Below the pieces are notes generated by a model. It saw only the letters and a program-made list of their open reading frames with translations, had not been told where the DNA came from and did not search any database. A DNA stretch of 63,363 bases from an uncultured Bacteroidales bacterium (GTDB lineage Bacteria; Bacteroidota; Bacteroidia; Bacteroidales; UBA7960). The stretch lies in the NCBI GenBank assembly GCA_964463915.1, contig CAYXEH010000009.1:1-63363 (forward strand), read 5' to 3'. Below are positions 29,249 to 38,560 of this stretch, piece after piece (positions within the stretch are counted from its first letter, which is position 1; every line of letters starts with the position of its first letter). Position numbers and translations under genes: made by a program.

Positions 29249-30591
29249 CTGGGATTGAGTGTGGTCCAGCCGTTAAGAAAGGAGATCAGTCCAAATGCCA
29301 ATACAATGGCTGCCGCTGCTGCGATAGACCACCAGATGCCCAATCCAATCAGGATAAAGGGCGCAGTGGCTGTGATGAAACCTCCACCCAGAAAGGGCTC
29401 ATAGAGCATTTGCTTGAACCCGAATGCCTGGGCTGTATCAGTTTTGTAATGGGGGTCTACAAGGCGAAGCAGCAACAATCCCATGGCTGTTACCCCGCTT
29501 TGCATCCCATATTCTGTTACCCCGCGTTCCAGCCAGTTGTAGGGGAACATCCGGGGAGCCAGCACGACCAGGCAGAAGAAAAGCCATGCAATACCAGTTA
29601 GCATCAAAATGGCAAAAGGCCAGAAATTAGCAATGAAGAGATCCAGTCTAATGGAGGCAATGGCTGCAACAACCAGAATATCCAGTGAGAGCCCCAGTAT
29701 CCGTTCAAAAGTCAGGCGGTCATAATACTGGCTGACTTTAATTTTGGCTGAAACCGCCTGTACGATCATCCCACCAACCATGGCAAGCGGAAACAAGGGA
29801 AAGCCGCTGAGAATGGGATGTAACTGGCGAACCCCGGCGAGCAACAACCATCCGATCAGAATTGCCATCCCGACAATGGCAAAATGAAACGCCAGCGGCT
29901 CAATGGATTCAGAAGCCACAGTGGCATTGGATGAAGGAAACCGGTCTTTCTCAGGGATCAGGCCTACTTTTTTATAGCGGGGGATGCCTTTGGATTGATC
30001 GAGGTTCACGCAATACCCTCTTCTAATGGCAATATTGATATAAAATACCCCGCCCACTACAGCAGTAATAATCCCGACTGTGGCAGACATCTGTGCCAGG
30101 GCCGATCCTGCCGGGAACCCAAGTTCAGTGAATACCGGCTGCATCCCTGCTGCTGTCCCGTGCCCTCCGGCGAAACCAATTTCAAGGAGTGTGGCAAAAA
30201 TCGGGGGTACGCCAAAAAGTGGTGTCAGCAATAATACGGTAAGAAGCATGGCTACGAGGTATTGGCCACTGCCTACAATCATCCCGAAACAAAGCTGACT
30301 CCCGCCCTGGGTCCACATCGTTCTGACCCCCGGTATCATTACGCCCAAAAACAGTGAGGCGAAAACGATATTGATCAGCAATCCCGGGATGTCCGACCAG
30401 GTGATATACAGGAAATCCGGAAGTACATCAAGAAGGTAAGGGCCGAATAAGAGAGCCAGAAACCCCCCGATAATTGAAGCAGGCAGGAAGATCCGTTGTA
30501 GGAGCCCTACTTTGGCCCGCAAAACCTTTCCTGCCAGCAAAAAGAGTAATAGAATACAAAAACTGAAAAATACGCCCGTTAGTCCTTCCAT
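29233..30591 (-). CDS. Sodium/glutamate symporter (GltS/ESS family)
   Basis: FLPASIIGG, GFAGGHGTAA, highly hydrophobic, YGMQSG...LLRLVDP. Confidence 0.85.
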   Translation of the reverse strand: MEGLTGVFFSFCILLLFLLAGKVLRAKVGLLQRIFLPASIIGGFLALLFGPYLLDVLPDFLYITWSDIPGLLINIVFASLFLGVMIPGVRTMWTQGGSQLCFGMIVGSGQYLVAMLLTVLLLTPLFGVPPIFATLLEIGFAGGHGTAAGMQPVFTELGFPAGSALAQMSATVGIITAVVGGVFYINIAIRRGYCVNLDQSKGIPRYKKVGLIPEKDRFPSSNATVASESIEPLAFHFAIVGMAILIGWLLLAGVRQLHPILSGFPLFPLAMVGGMIVQAVSAKIKVSQYYDRLTFERILGLSLDILVVAAIASIRLDLFIANFWPFAILMLTGIAWLFFCLVVLAPRMFPYNWLERGVTEYGMQSGVTAMGLLLLRLVDPHYKTDTAQAFGFKQMLYEPFLGGGFITATAPFILIGLGIWWSIAAAAAIVLAFGLISFLNGWTTLNPRKKAR

Positions 30592-30731
30592 GATTCAGAT
30601 TGTTTTTTTCAGGCAAAGAAAATGATTTCTGGCAAACAATCCCATTATTCATAAAAATAAAGTGATTCTGCCGAATATATTTCTTGTCTAAATATCAGGT
30701 AGTGAAGAAGTAAATGCCTGGCAAAAATAGC

Positions 30732-30748
30732 TTAACAAATTATTAACA
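30732..30748 (+). promoter_or_regulatory. OmpR/PhoB-type direct-repeat box TTAACA-N5-TTAACA
   Basis: ttaaca-aatta-ttaaca; second half-site starts 38 nt before TACATTTG. Confidence 0.65.
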
Positions 30749-30780
30749 AGTTCATTCATAGGGTTTTGCTTAAACCATTC

Positions 30781-30788
30781 TACATTTG
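30781..30788 (+). promoter_or_regulatory. -7 promoter element TACATTTG
   Basis: TAnnTTTG match ending 48 nt before ATG 30837. Confidence 0.6.
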
Positions 30789-30836
30789 AGAGGTCTAAAT
30801 GACGCATAATTCAAAAAAAATAAAATTGCGTTATTT

Positions 30837-32042
30837 ATGAAAGGTTTACAGATTATTTTAGTATTGTTGCAGTGTGCCGTAATTGGATTATTTATACATC
30901 AGCCCGTTACGGCGTTTGCGAATGAGAATGACACTAACCGGGAAGATAAGGAAATGACCAATGATGAAGAATCCGGGGAGTCGGAAGGAGATAGGGATAG
31001 GAGCAGCGAAAGCTATCCTTTTCTGATAATGGAAATGGGCGGGGAAACTTATTCCAAATATAGCCCTGAAGCCGGTGACGGGATTGGAGGACTCGCTGGC
31101 ATAATGGTTGACCTCGATGGAAACCTCAGTGAGCAGATGACATTTTTTGGAGCGTTGCATTTTGATTCTTCCTTGTGGCATGATTTTTTGAATAAACCTG
31201 CGTACATTCGAAAAGAGAATTCCAATAATGAGATCGGGATGGAGGTTGAAGAATTCTTTATTACCTGGAAGCCGGATATCGCAAATCTTGAATTTACGGC
31301 CGGCCGCATGTTTTCTGTAATTAGCTATGCCAATCAGTTACACATGTCCGATTTTCAGTTTAATATGAAACCACGGATTTTTACTGAATACTGGGGTGAC
31401 AATCACGGGTTGGCATTGGATGGAGGAAGCATAAAATGGCAATATGATGCTGGTCGTACCAGGACTGCTTTTCTGGTAGAGGCAGCCAGAAACGGATACC
31501 AGTCGGAGCATACAATGCTCACCTCTACAGTAGATTTCGCCTTTGATATGGGAAACGTTGATATGGGCCTGAGGGGATTCGGGTATTTTGATCACCAGGC
31601 AAATGATCACCCGTTTTTTAATAATATTCCGGCCAGTGATGCCCCATTTGTTGACGCCGTGGAGCTGAATGACGGACTTGGGATGAATGCCTGGGGAGGA
31701 GGTGCCAATTTCCTTTGGGATAGGCCGGGAGATCGTTCTGTATTCTTTCAAACCGAATGGGTAAACCGGAAATTTGCCAATGATAATTTCTTCGGAGGTT
31801 ATGCTTTTTTAGTGTTGAATCACACAGATAAGATCAGCAGCAGCATTATGTATCAGCAACTCGAGTTGCCGGACTTTGAATCCGGTGCAATCAATGTCAC
31901 TGAAGAGCAGGTTTATACAGTCGGTTTAACTTACCTCCCTGTATATAACCACCGATTGCGCCTGGAATACAATCATTTTACCGACAATTCATTCTATGAC
32001 AATATGCTGCTGGCGAAATGGACCTTTTTTATTGAAATCTGA
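30837..32042 (+). CDS. Outer-membrane beta-barrel/porin, possibly metal-uptake associated
   Basis: Signal peptide, acidic N-terminal extension, EEFF...AGRM...NQLH...P...G..G pattern, terminal beta-strand WTFFIEI. Confidence 0.55.
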   Translation: MKGLQIILVLLQCAVIGLFIHQPVTAFANENDTNREDKEMTNDEESGESEGDRDRSSESYPFLIMEMGGETYSKYSPEAGDGIGGLAGIMVDLDGNLSEQMTFFGALHFDSSLWHDFLNKPAYIRKENSNNEIGMEVEEFFITWKPDIANLEFTAGRMFSVISYANQLHMSDFQFNMKPRIFTEYWGDNHGLALDGGSIKWQYDAGRTRTAFLVEAARNGYQSEHTMLTSTVDFAFDMGNVDMGLRGFGYFDHQANDHPFFNNIPASDAPFVDAVELNDGLGMNAWGGGANFLWDRPGDRSVFFQTEWVNRKFANDNFFGGYAFLVLNHTDKISSSIMYQQLELPDFESGAINVTEEQVYTVGLTYLPVYNHRLRLEYNHFTDNSFYDNMLLAKWTFFIEI

Positions 32043-32053
32043 CAGCAATCCAA

Positions 32054-34318
32054 ATGATGCAATTTATGGACCGAAACACCCTGAAAACATCCAGTACCAA
32101 ATTCTTGTCATATCTGGCTGATAATAGATATGAAGTGCAAAACCTGAGACATGGTAATGCTGAAATAATATCGGGAATACGGATCATAATTTTGCTGCTT
32201 GTCTTTTTATTTACTGTGAACCCGGCAAGGAGCGATGAGGGGATGTGGTTGCTGCCGGTAATAGGTTCCGATAATATGGAGCAGATCCGCCTTCTGGGAG
32301 GCAATATGTCGGCAGAAGATATTTTCAGTAACGAAAAGATCAGCCTCAGTGATGCAGTGGTTAATGTGGGCAATATGGGGTCAGGGTCAGTGGTATCCGC
32401 CGGGGGATTGGTGCTGACCAATCACCATGTTATTTATGATCATATTCAGCGTCTAAGCACTGCGGAGAATGATTACCTCACAGAAGGGTTCTGGGCCTCT
32501 TCTCATGAGGAGGAACTCCCGGCGAAAGGATTGAGTGTGACATTCCTGAAGAAGATCATTGATGTCACCGACCAGGTAAAGGCTGAAATTGCTTCCCGCA
32601 GGGAAAGTGGTGAAAGGGCCTCCATGCTGATGATTGGCAGGAACCTCTCATCTGAATACACAGAAGGTACAAGTTACTCGGGGTTTTTGTCCAATCACTA
32701 CAAGGGAGGGAAATATTACCTATACATTTATGAAGTGTTTGAGGACGTTCGTTTGGTGGGATTTCCCCCTTCTTCCATAGGAAAGTTTGGTGGCGATGAG
32801 GATAATTTCATGTGGCCAAGGCACGCGGGCGATTTTGGTTTTATCCGCGTGTATGCTGACAAAGAAGGACAACCGGCAGATTATTCCCCGGACAATGTGC
32901 CCTATGTGCCTGATCGTTTCCTGGAAATTGATGCGGGAGGAATCGATGAATTGGATTTTTCTATGGTAATTGGTTATCCCGGGGGTTCCCAAAGGTATCT
33001 GACCGCATCCCAGGTGGAAGATCTGATGAAGGTGGAACATCCCGGACGCATAGCGGCCCGTAAACGACGACTTGACATCATCCGGGAGGAAATGCAAGCC
33101 AGTGATGAAGTCAGGATTAAATATGCGTCGAAATATTTCAATGCCACGAATGGATTGCAGCTATCACAAGGACAGTTAGAGCAACTTAAACAGCATAACG
33201 TTCCGGCCATTAAACGCGCCGAAGAAGAAGCATTCATGGCTTGGGTAGAGGATGATTCCGACAGGAGGGAAAAATACGGCAAAGTCCTGCAAACAATCCG
33301 CGAATCTGTTGAGAAAAAGCGTCCCACTGCCTATGCCCATCACTTGTTGAATGAAGCCATGCTGATGGGGACCGAGGTTTATGTGGCGGGCATTCGTGCC
33401 AATGTGTTTTACCGTAATCTGGATGAAGATGTCACCGGGGCGGAGTTTGCCGAGGCTGTTTCCGGATTTTCAGGCAGGCAATCCGGGTTTTACAAGGATT
33501 ATCATCCTCCTGCTGATCGTCGTGTGGTGGCTGCAATGATGGAATTGGTCAGTGAGGAATTGCCCCGGGAACACCAGCCTGACATTATTCATTATGCGGA
33601 TAGTGCATTTGACGGAGATTACCAGGAATTCGCAGCATATATGTTTGAGAACTCTTTCCTGACTTGTCCGGAGCGTTTTGAGCATTTTATCAACCACCCC
33701 CGGTTGAAAGTGATGCAAGACGATCCGGTGATCCGTTATTCAGCCAGTATTTATGATAAGGCCATTGAACTGCGTGACATTAACCGGGAGTTGTCGGAAG
33801 GGGAACGGGCTGGCTCCCGTCTGTATATGGAGGCAATCCGTGAAATGAATACAGATGAATCCATGTACCCGGATGCCAATTTCACCATGCGAATGAGTTA
33901 TGGGAAGGTGATTGGATACAGCCCCCGCGATGCGGTGTTTTATGAACATGAAACAACATTGCGGGGTGTGATGGAAAAGATGGATGCAGAAGACCCTGAT
34001 TTTACTGTTCCGGCTACACTTCAGTCATTATACTCCGGTAAGCGATTTAGCTCCTATGGGGAAAAGGACCGGATGCCGGTAAATTTCATCACGGATAATG
34101 ACATTACGGGAGGAAATTCCGGCAGCCCTGTCATTGGAGCGGACGGACGCCTGAAAGGGGTGGCTTTTGACGGCAACTGGGAATCGCTGGCCGGAGATGT
34201 GGTTTTTCTTCCTGATCTGAACCGGGCCATTCATGCAGACATCCGGTATGTGCTCTTTATCACGGATCAGTTTGCAGGGGCTTCACATATAATGAATGAG
34301 CTGAAAATCATTTATTAA
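32054..34318 (+). CDS. S46 dipeptidyl peptidase (DPP7-type), copy 1
   Basis: DEGMWL, TNHH, HAGDF, DANFTMR, ITGGNSGSP, FDGNWE; true start uncertain (long leader). Confidence 0.92.
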   Translation: MMQFMDRNTLKTSSTKFLSYLADNRYEVQNLRHGNAEIISGIRIIILLLVFLFTVNPARSDEGMWLLPVIGSDNMEQIRLLGGNMSAEDIFSNEKISLSDAVVNVGNMGSGSVVSAGGLVLTNHHVIYDHIQRLSTAENDYLTEGFWASSHEEELPAKGLSVTFLKKIIDVTDQVKAEIASRRESGERASMLMIGRNLSSEYTEGTSYSGFLSNHYKGGKYYLYIYEVFEDVRLVGFPPSSIGKFGGDEDNFMWPRHAGDFGFIRVYADKEGQPADYSPDNVPYVPDRFLEIDAGGIDELDFSMVIGYPGGSQRYLTASQVEDLMKVEHPGRIAARKRRLDIIREEMQASDEVRIKYASKYFNATNGLQLSQGQLEQLKQHNVPAIKRAEEEAFMAWVEDDSDRREKYGKVLQTIRESVEKKRPTAYAHHLLNEAMLMGTEVYVAGIRANVFYRNLDEDVTGAEFAEAVSGFSGRQSGFYKDYHPPADRRVVAAMMELVSEELPREHQPDIIHYADSAFDGDYQEFAAYMFENSFLTCPERFEHFINHPRLKVMQDDPVIRYSASIYDKAIELRDINRELSEGERAGSRLYMEAIREMNTDESMYPDANFTMRMSYGKVIGYSPRDAVFYEHETTLRGVMEKMDAEDPDFTVPATLQSLYSGKRFSSYGEKDRMPVNFITDNDITGGNSGSPVIGADGRLKGVAFDGNWESLAGDVVFLPDLNRAIHADIRYVLFITDQFAGASHIMNELKIIY

Positions 34319-34356
34319 GATAAATCAACAGATTCCCTTAACAAAATCATGCATCC

Positions 34357-36552
34357 ATGAATTATATATTAAGGAGCCGGAACGGATTTTTTGCGTTTAT
34401 TTTCTTTGTGATCTGTTTGTTCGCATTCAAACCAACACTGAAAGCGGACGAGGGCATGTGGTTACTTCCCTATCTCGAAGACCTGATCATGGAAGACATG
34501 GAAGAACTCGGACTAGAACTGTCTGCAGATCAAATCTACGCTGTCAATAATTCCAGTCTGAAAGATGCGGTGGTGATTTTTGGCAGTGGCTGTACCGGTG
34601 AAATTATTTCACCAGAGGGCTTATTGTTGACCAATCATCATTGCGGGGTGGACTTGTTTCAGGCATTAAGTAATACCGAAACCGATTACCTGGAAGAAGG
34701 GTTTTGGGCGATGAGCCAGGAAGAAGAGTTGCAGGTTCCCGGTCTTTCTGTTTCATTTCTGGTACGTGTTGAGGATGTGACTGACAGGGTTTTGTCTGCC
34801 TCCTCCGGTGATATGGATGATGAGGAAAGGAGCCGTGCCATTCGTCAGGAGCGAAGCAGGATTCAGCAGGAAGTTTCTGAGGAAGGTCCTTACAGGGGAT
34901 CGGTGGAACTCTTCAGAGTGGGAGATGTCGGGCAATATCTGCTTTTTGTGTATCAGGATTATGCTGACGTACGGTTGGTTGGCGCACCGCCTAACTCTAT
35001 CGGTCAATTTGGCGGCGATGAAGACAACTGGGAGTGGCCAAATCACAATGCCGACTTTGCCCTGTTTCGTGTATATATGCAATCTGACGGACAACCTTCT
35101 GAATCTTTCAACGAGCAGAATATACCTTATGAGCCGGCTCATTATTTTCCGGTTGCCCTTACCGGCCTGGATGAGGGTGATTTTGTGATGGCCATGGGGT
35201 ATCCGGGCATTACCAGCCGCTACCTGACTTCTTACGAAATTGAAGAAGAAATGGAAGTGGGAAACAAGATTCGTGCGGATATCCGGGGGAAGAGGCAGGA
35301 AATTTGGAAAGAAGCCATGGAAGAAGACGATGAGGTCCGGTTGCAGTATGCATCCAGGTATTTTAATTCCAGCAATTACTGGAAATATTCAATCGGTCAG
35401 AATGAAGCACTCAGGAACCTGGAAGTGATTGATGATGCCCGAAAACTGGAAGATCGTTTCCGTCAATGGGTCAGGGAGGATCCTGAAAGGGAGGAATCGT
35501 ACGGAGAGGCATTAACGCTCATTGAACACAGCATAAATGAGAGAAGAGAACGGGCATACAGTCATCAATTGATTATGGAAGCCCTGATCGGAAGTCAGTG
35601 TTATTTCCCCTATGGACGGCGAATACATACATTATATTCCCGGCTTATTGACGATGAATATGACCGTCATGATCTTGACAGCCGTGTTCAACGCCTTCGG
35701 GAGGCACTTGACAGGTTTTATGACTATCATATGCCTACTGAACGTGCTGTTCTTGAAGAATTGCTGCCTTACGTGATGCAGGAACTTCCAGAGGAGCATC
35801 AACCGGATTATTTCCGTGTTATTGAGGAGGAGTTTGATGGTTCAACGGATAACTTTATTGCATACCTGTTTGAAACCTCTGTAATGACTGACAGAGAACG
35901 AATAGAGGATTTTCTGCGGAATCCCGATGCAGAAAGACTGAAGAATGATCCTGGTTTTCATTTTACCAATTCGGTGTTTGATAAAGCAGTGGAGCTCAGG
36001 CAGCAAAACACGGCGATTACACGTCGTTTTCTGATTCCGGGGAAAAGGCTCTGGTATGAAGCCCTCAATGATATGATTGCCGAAAGGGAGTTGTATCCCG
36101 ATGCCAATTTCACCATGCGACTTACTTATGGGGGCGTAAAAGGTTATGAGTCAAGAGATGCTGTGATTTATGAACCTTTTACAACCCATGAAGGGATTAT
36201 AGAGAAAGTTGCACGCCATCCTGACCTGTATTCTCCTCCCGATGAACATATTGAGTTACTTACTTCAGGAGACTTCGGCCCGTATGGTGTTGATGGTATC
36301 CTCCCGGTTTCTTTCCTTTCAAATCTTGATATTACCGGGGGCAATTCCGGAAGTCCTGTGCTGAACAGTCGCGGGGAACTGGTTGGGATTGCTTATGACG
36401 GCAACTGGGAAGCCATGTCTTCTGATATTGCTTATTCTCCTGATTTTCAAAGGGCCATAAGTGTTGATATTCGTTACGTGCTATTTATGATTGATAAATA
36501 TGCCGGGGCAGGCTACCTGCTGGAGGAAATGGATATTATCGGTGTCAATTAA
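34357..36552 (+). CDS. S46 dipeptidyl peptidase (DPP7-type), copy 2
   Basis: ADEGMWL, GCTG, TNHHC, HNADF, DANFTMR, ITGGNSGSP, YDGNWE. Confidence 0.93.
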   Translation: MNYILRSRNGFFAFIFFVICLFAFKPTLKADEGMWLLPYLEDLIMEDMEELGLELSADQIYAVNNSSLKDAVVIFGSGCTGEIISPEGLLLTNHHCGVDLFQALSNTETDYLEEGFWAMSQEEELQVPGLSVSFLVRVEDVTDRVLSASSGDMDDEERSRAIRQERSRIQQEVSEEGPYRGSVELFRVGDVGQYLLFVYQDYADVRLVGAPPNSIGQFGGDEDNWEWPNHNADFALFRVYMQSDGQPSESFNEQNIPYEPAHYFPVALTGLDEGDFVMAMGYPGITSRYLTSYEIEEEMEVGNKIRADIRGKRQEIWKEAMEEDDEVRLQYASRYFNSSNYWKYSIGQNEALRNLEVIDDARKLEDRFRQWVREDPEREESYGEALTLIEHSINERRERAYSHQLIMEALIGSQCYFPYGRRIHTLYSRLIDDEYDRHDLDSRVQRLREALDRFYDYHMPTERAVLEELLPYVMQELPEEHQPDYFRVIEEEFDGSTDNFIAYLFETSVMTDRERIEDFLRNPDAERLKNDPGFHFTNSVFDKAVELRQQNTAITRRFLIPGKRLWYEALNDMIAERELYPDANFTMRLTYGGVKGYESRDAVIYEPFTTHEGIIEKVARHPDLYSPPDEHIELLTSGDFGPYGVDGILPVSFLSNLDITGGNSGSPVLNSRGELVGIAYDGNWEAMSSDIAYSPDFQRAISVDIRYVLFMIDKYAGAGYLLEEMDIIGVN

Positions 36553-36607
36553 GGAGGTCAGCATGAACCTTGAAGATGCTTTCATCGGTTTGACAGGAAA
36601 ATATTAA
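36542..36607 (+). pseudogene. 3' relic of a second ABC ATPase gene (contains mini-ORF MNLEDAFIGLTGKY, 36563-36607)
   Basis: Translates VSIKEVSMNLEDAFIGLTGKY* versus KSVEEVKMNLEDAFIGLTGKY* at the end of the intact ATPase 38561-39451. Confidence 0.85.
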
Positions 36608-37372
36608 TCCAAACAGGATAAAATAACGTTGCCATGTATAAATCAATTATTTACAAGGAATGGTTAAAGATACGTTGGGCACTGGCCTTATTCCTGGTTG
36701 CCGGTTTGCTGACACTGGTGAATATTTTTCTGAACGTGCGTTACGGTATACGTTTTATGGATGCCCATGAGTTCTGGTACGGGATAATCATCCAGGGCGG
36801 CAACTATGCGGCATCCTTTAAGTATATCCCCTTATTTGCCGGGTTGGGGCTTGCTGTTTCCCAGTATTATCCTGAGATTCTGGATCAGCGGATTAAACTG
36901 ACCTTTCATCTGCCCATCCGGGAAAACAAGGTATTGCTATTGCAGCATGGGTTCGGACTGGTGTGCCTTTTGGCTGTTTACCTGGTTTACGTGGTTATTT
37001 TCATTACCGGCAGTGGGCTCTACTTTCCAGCGGAGGTGACTGTGATGATTGGTCAAACGATTCTGCCCTGGTTTCTTGGCGGGCTGGCCACTTATTCGCT
37101 TGTGGCCCTGATCATGCTCGAGCCCCTTTGGCTTTACCGGGTGTTGTATGCGGTAATCGCCTATGGTCTGGTGTCTCAGTATTATATAGAAGCGGTTCCG
37201 ATGGCTTATACCCGGGTTATGTGGGTATTTGCTTTGTTCTCGGTAGCCACTGTAATTGTTCAATTATTTTCAGGATACAGATTCAGGAAAGGAGAGATGC
37301 ATCATGGTTAAGATAAGCAGGTATGTATTGGTACTGATCGGGATCATTGTTACTGCCATAGCAATTCCGGAG
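36581..37372 (+). repeat. 792-bp direct repeat, copy 1
   Basis: No mismatch found by eye against 39425-40216 (offset 2844); ORF-track translations in three frames are identical. Confidence 0.92.
36634..37311 (+). CDS. ABC transporter membrane subunit (about 6 TM), copy 1
   Basis: YKEWLK...QYYPE...RIKLTFHLP; hydrophobic; adjacent to ABC ATPase. Confidence 0.75.
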   Translation: MYKSIIYKEWLKIRWALALFLVAGLLTLVNIFLNVRYGIRFMDAHEFWYGIIIQGGNYAASFKYIPLFAGLGLAVSQYYPEILDQRIKLTFHLPIRENKVLLLQHGFGLVCLLAVYLVYVVIFITGSGLYFPAEVTVMIGQTILPWFLGGLATYSLVALIMLEPLWLYRVLYAVIAYGLVSQYYIEAVPMAYTRVMWVFALFSVATVIVQLFSGYRFRKGEMHHG

Positions 37373-38542
37373 CTTTACTGGACAATTTTCAGGGGAACCT
37401 ACAGGCTGCCCGGTGTAATGTATAGCCAGGTGATTGATGATTTCATTCTTGCACAACCCGGTGATGAGGGTACAATCTATTCAGATCCCTCCGGCAATAC
37501 ATATACTGTAGACGAGGCGGAGCAGAAGTTGCCGTTATTGTCTCACAGACAACTCTACGCGGATGGTATAATGCCTGATAGTTTAAAAGGTGTTCCTCTT
37601 GATCATGAGACCATCAGTACCCACAGGGCTTCCTACATGTTTAATCCGCGAAACTTTCAGACTCCTTCGCCATTGTTATGGCCATTGCTGGAGTCCAGAA
37701 GTGGTCGGGCCAGTCTTTCTTTACCGGAAGACTTTTTCCGGCTTGATGAGAGCATTGAATTTATTGTGGCAGAAACCAACCAGGTAGACCGGGAAAAGAG
37801 CAGGGTATTTAACCAGGCTCTGCTCCGTGAAGGTTTTGTGTTTCCTGCCGACCTGGTTGCAGGAATCCCCACAGCAAGGAAAAGCCGGGATGATGGTTAC
37901 TTTATTACTGATCACACCGGAGCCCTGTTTCATTTAAAAATGGTCCAGGGAGAACCGTATGTGTCTTCCATTGAGACACCTGATGAGATGGATGTTATTT
38001 TTATCGAATGTGTGGATATGAGTAGCCGAGAATTATTCGCTTATGTGTATACCGCTTCCAATAATGTATTCATGCTGCTGCAGGAGGATTACCGGCTGCA
38101 GCAGTTGCCCATTTCAGAATTTAACTTCCGGGCTGACCGGCTTCGTATCCGTCATGACTTATTCGGCAAAACCATTAGCCACATCAAAGAAGATCGGCTA
38201 TTTGTAAAACGAATCAATAAGTCTTATGAGCAAATTGATCAATATGAAACTTCCTGGTCGGCAAGGCATGAGCGACCTGACTATAGAATGTTCTCATATC
38301 TGTTTCCCTTTGAACTAAGATTGGAAAAACCAGAATCCGAGTATATCGGCTTTTTCCTTCAGTTCACATCCGGTTATTACTGGGGGATTTTCCACATCCT
38401 GCTCCTTGGGATCACTGTATGGTTGATTAAACGAAAGAAGCAGCCTGTCAGGAAACATATCCCTGATTTGGTACTTGTTTTGCTGACAGGACTGTTTGGA
38501 TTTATTGCGGTCCGGGTTTTCCCAAATAGATTTTATGATTAA
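37304..38542 (+). CDS. DUF4857-like membrane-anchored periplasmic protein, paralog 1
   Basis: N-terminal TM, large soluble domain (WPLLES, EDFFR, GYFI.D..G.LFHL), two C-terminal TMs; ATG overlaps permease 3' end. Confidence 0.65.
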   Translation: MVKISRYVLVLIGIIVTAIAIPELYWTIFRGTYRLPGVMYSQVIDDFILAQPGDEGTIYSDPSGNTYTVDEAEQKLPLLSHRQLYADGIMPDSLKGVPLDHETISTHRASYMFNPRNFQTPSPLLWPLLESRSGRASLSLPEDFFRLDESIEFIVAETNQVDREKSRVFNQALLREGFVFPADLVAGIPTARKSRDDGYFITDHTGALFHLKMVQGEPYVSSIETPDEMDVIFIECVDMSSRELFAYVYTASNNVFMLLQEDYRLQQLPISEFNFRADRLRIRHDLFGKTISHIKEDRLFVKRINKSYEQIDQYETSWSARHERPDYRMFSYLFPFELRLEKPESEYIGFFLQFTSGYYWGIFHILLLGITVWLIKRKKQPVRKHIPDLVLVLLTGLFGFIAVRVFPNRFYD

Positions 38543-38560
38543 ATGATCCATTAAAACCTA

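Noticed and set aside
30783-30801. Imperfect palindrome catttgagaggtctaaatg over the promoter as a possible Fur box
   Set aside because: Only one good TCTAAAT half-site, spacing differs from the consensus I recall, and no similar site precedes the TBDR; too weak to claim iron regulation.
34338-34343. Single TTAACA between the S46 genes (also 48122 and 49540)
   Set aside because: Isolated half-sites without an 11-bp partner are expected by chance.
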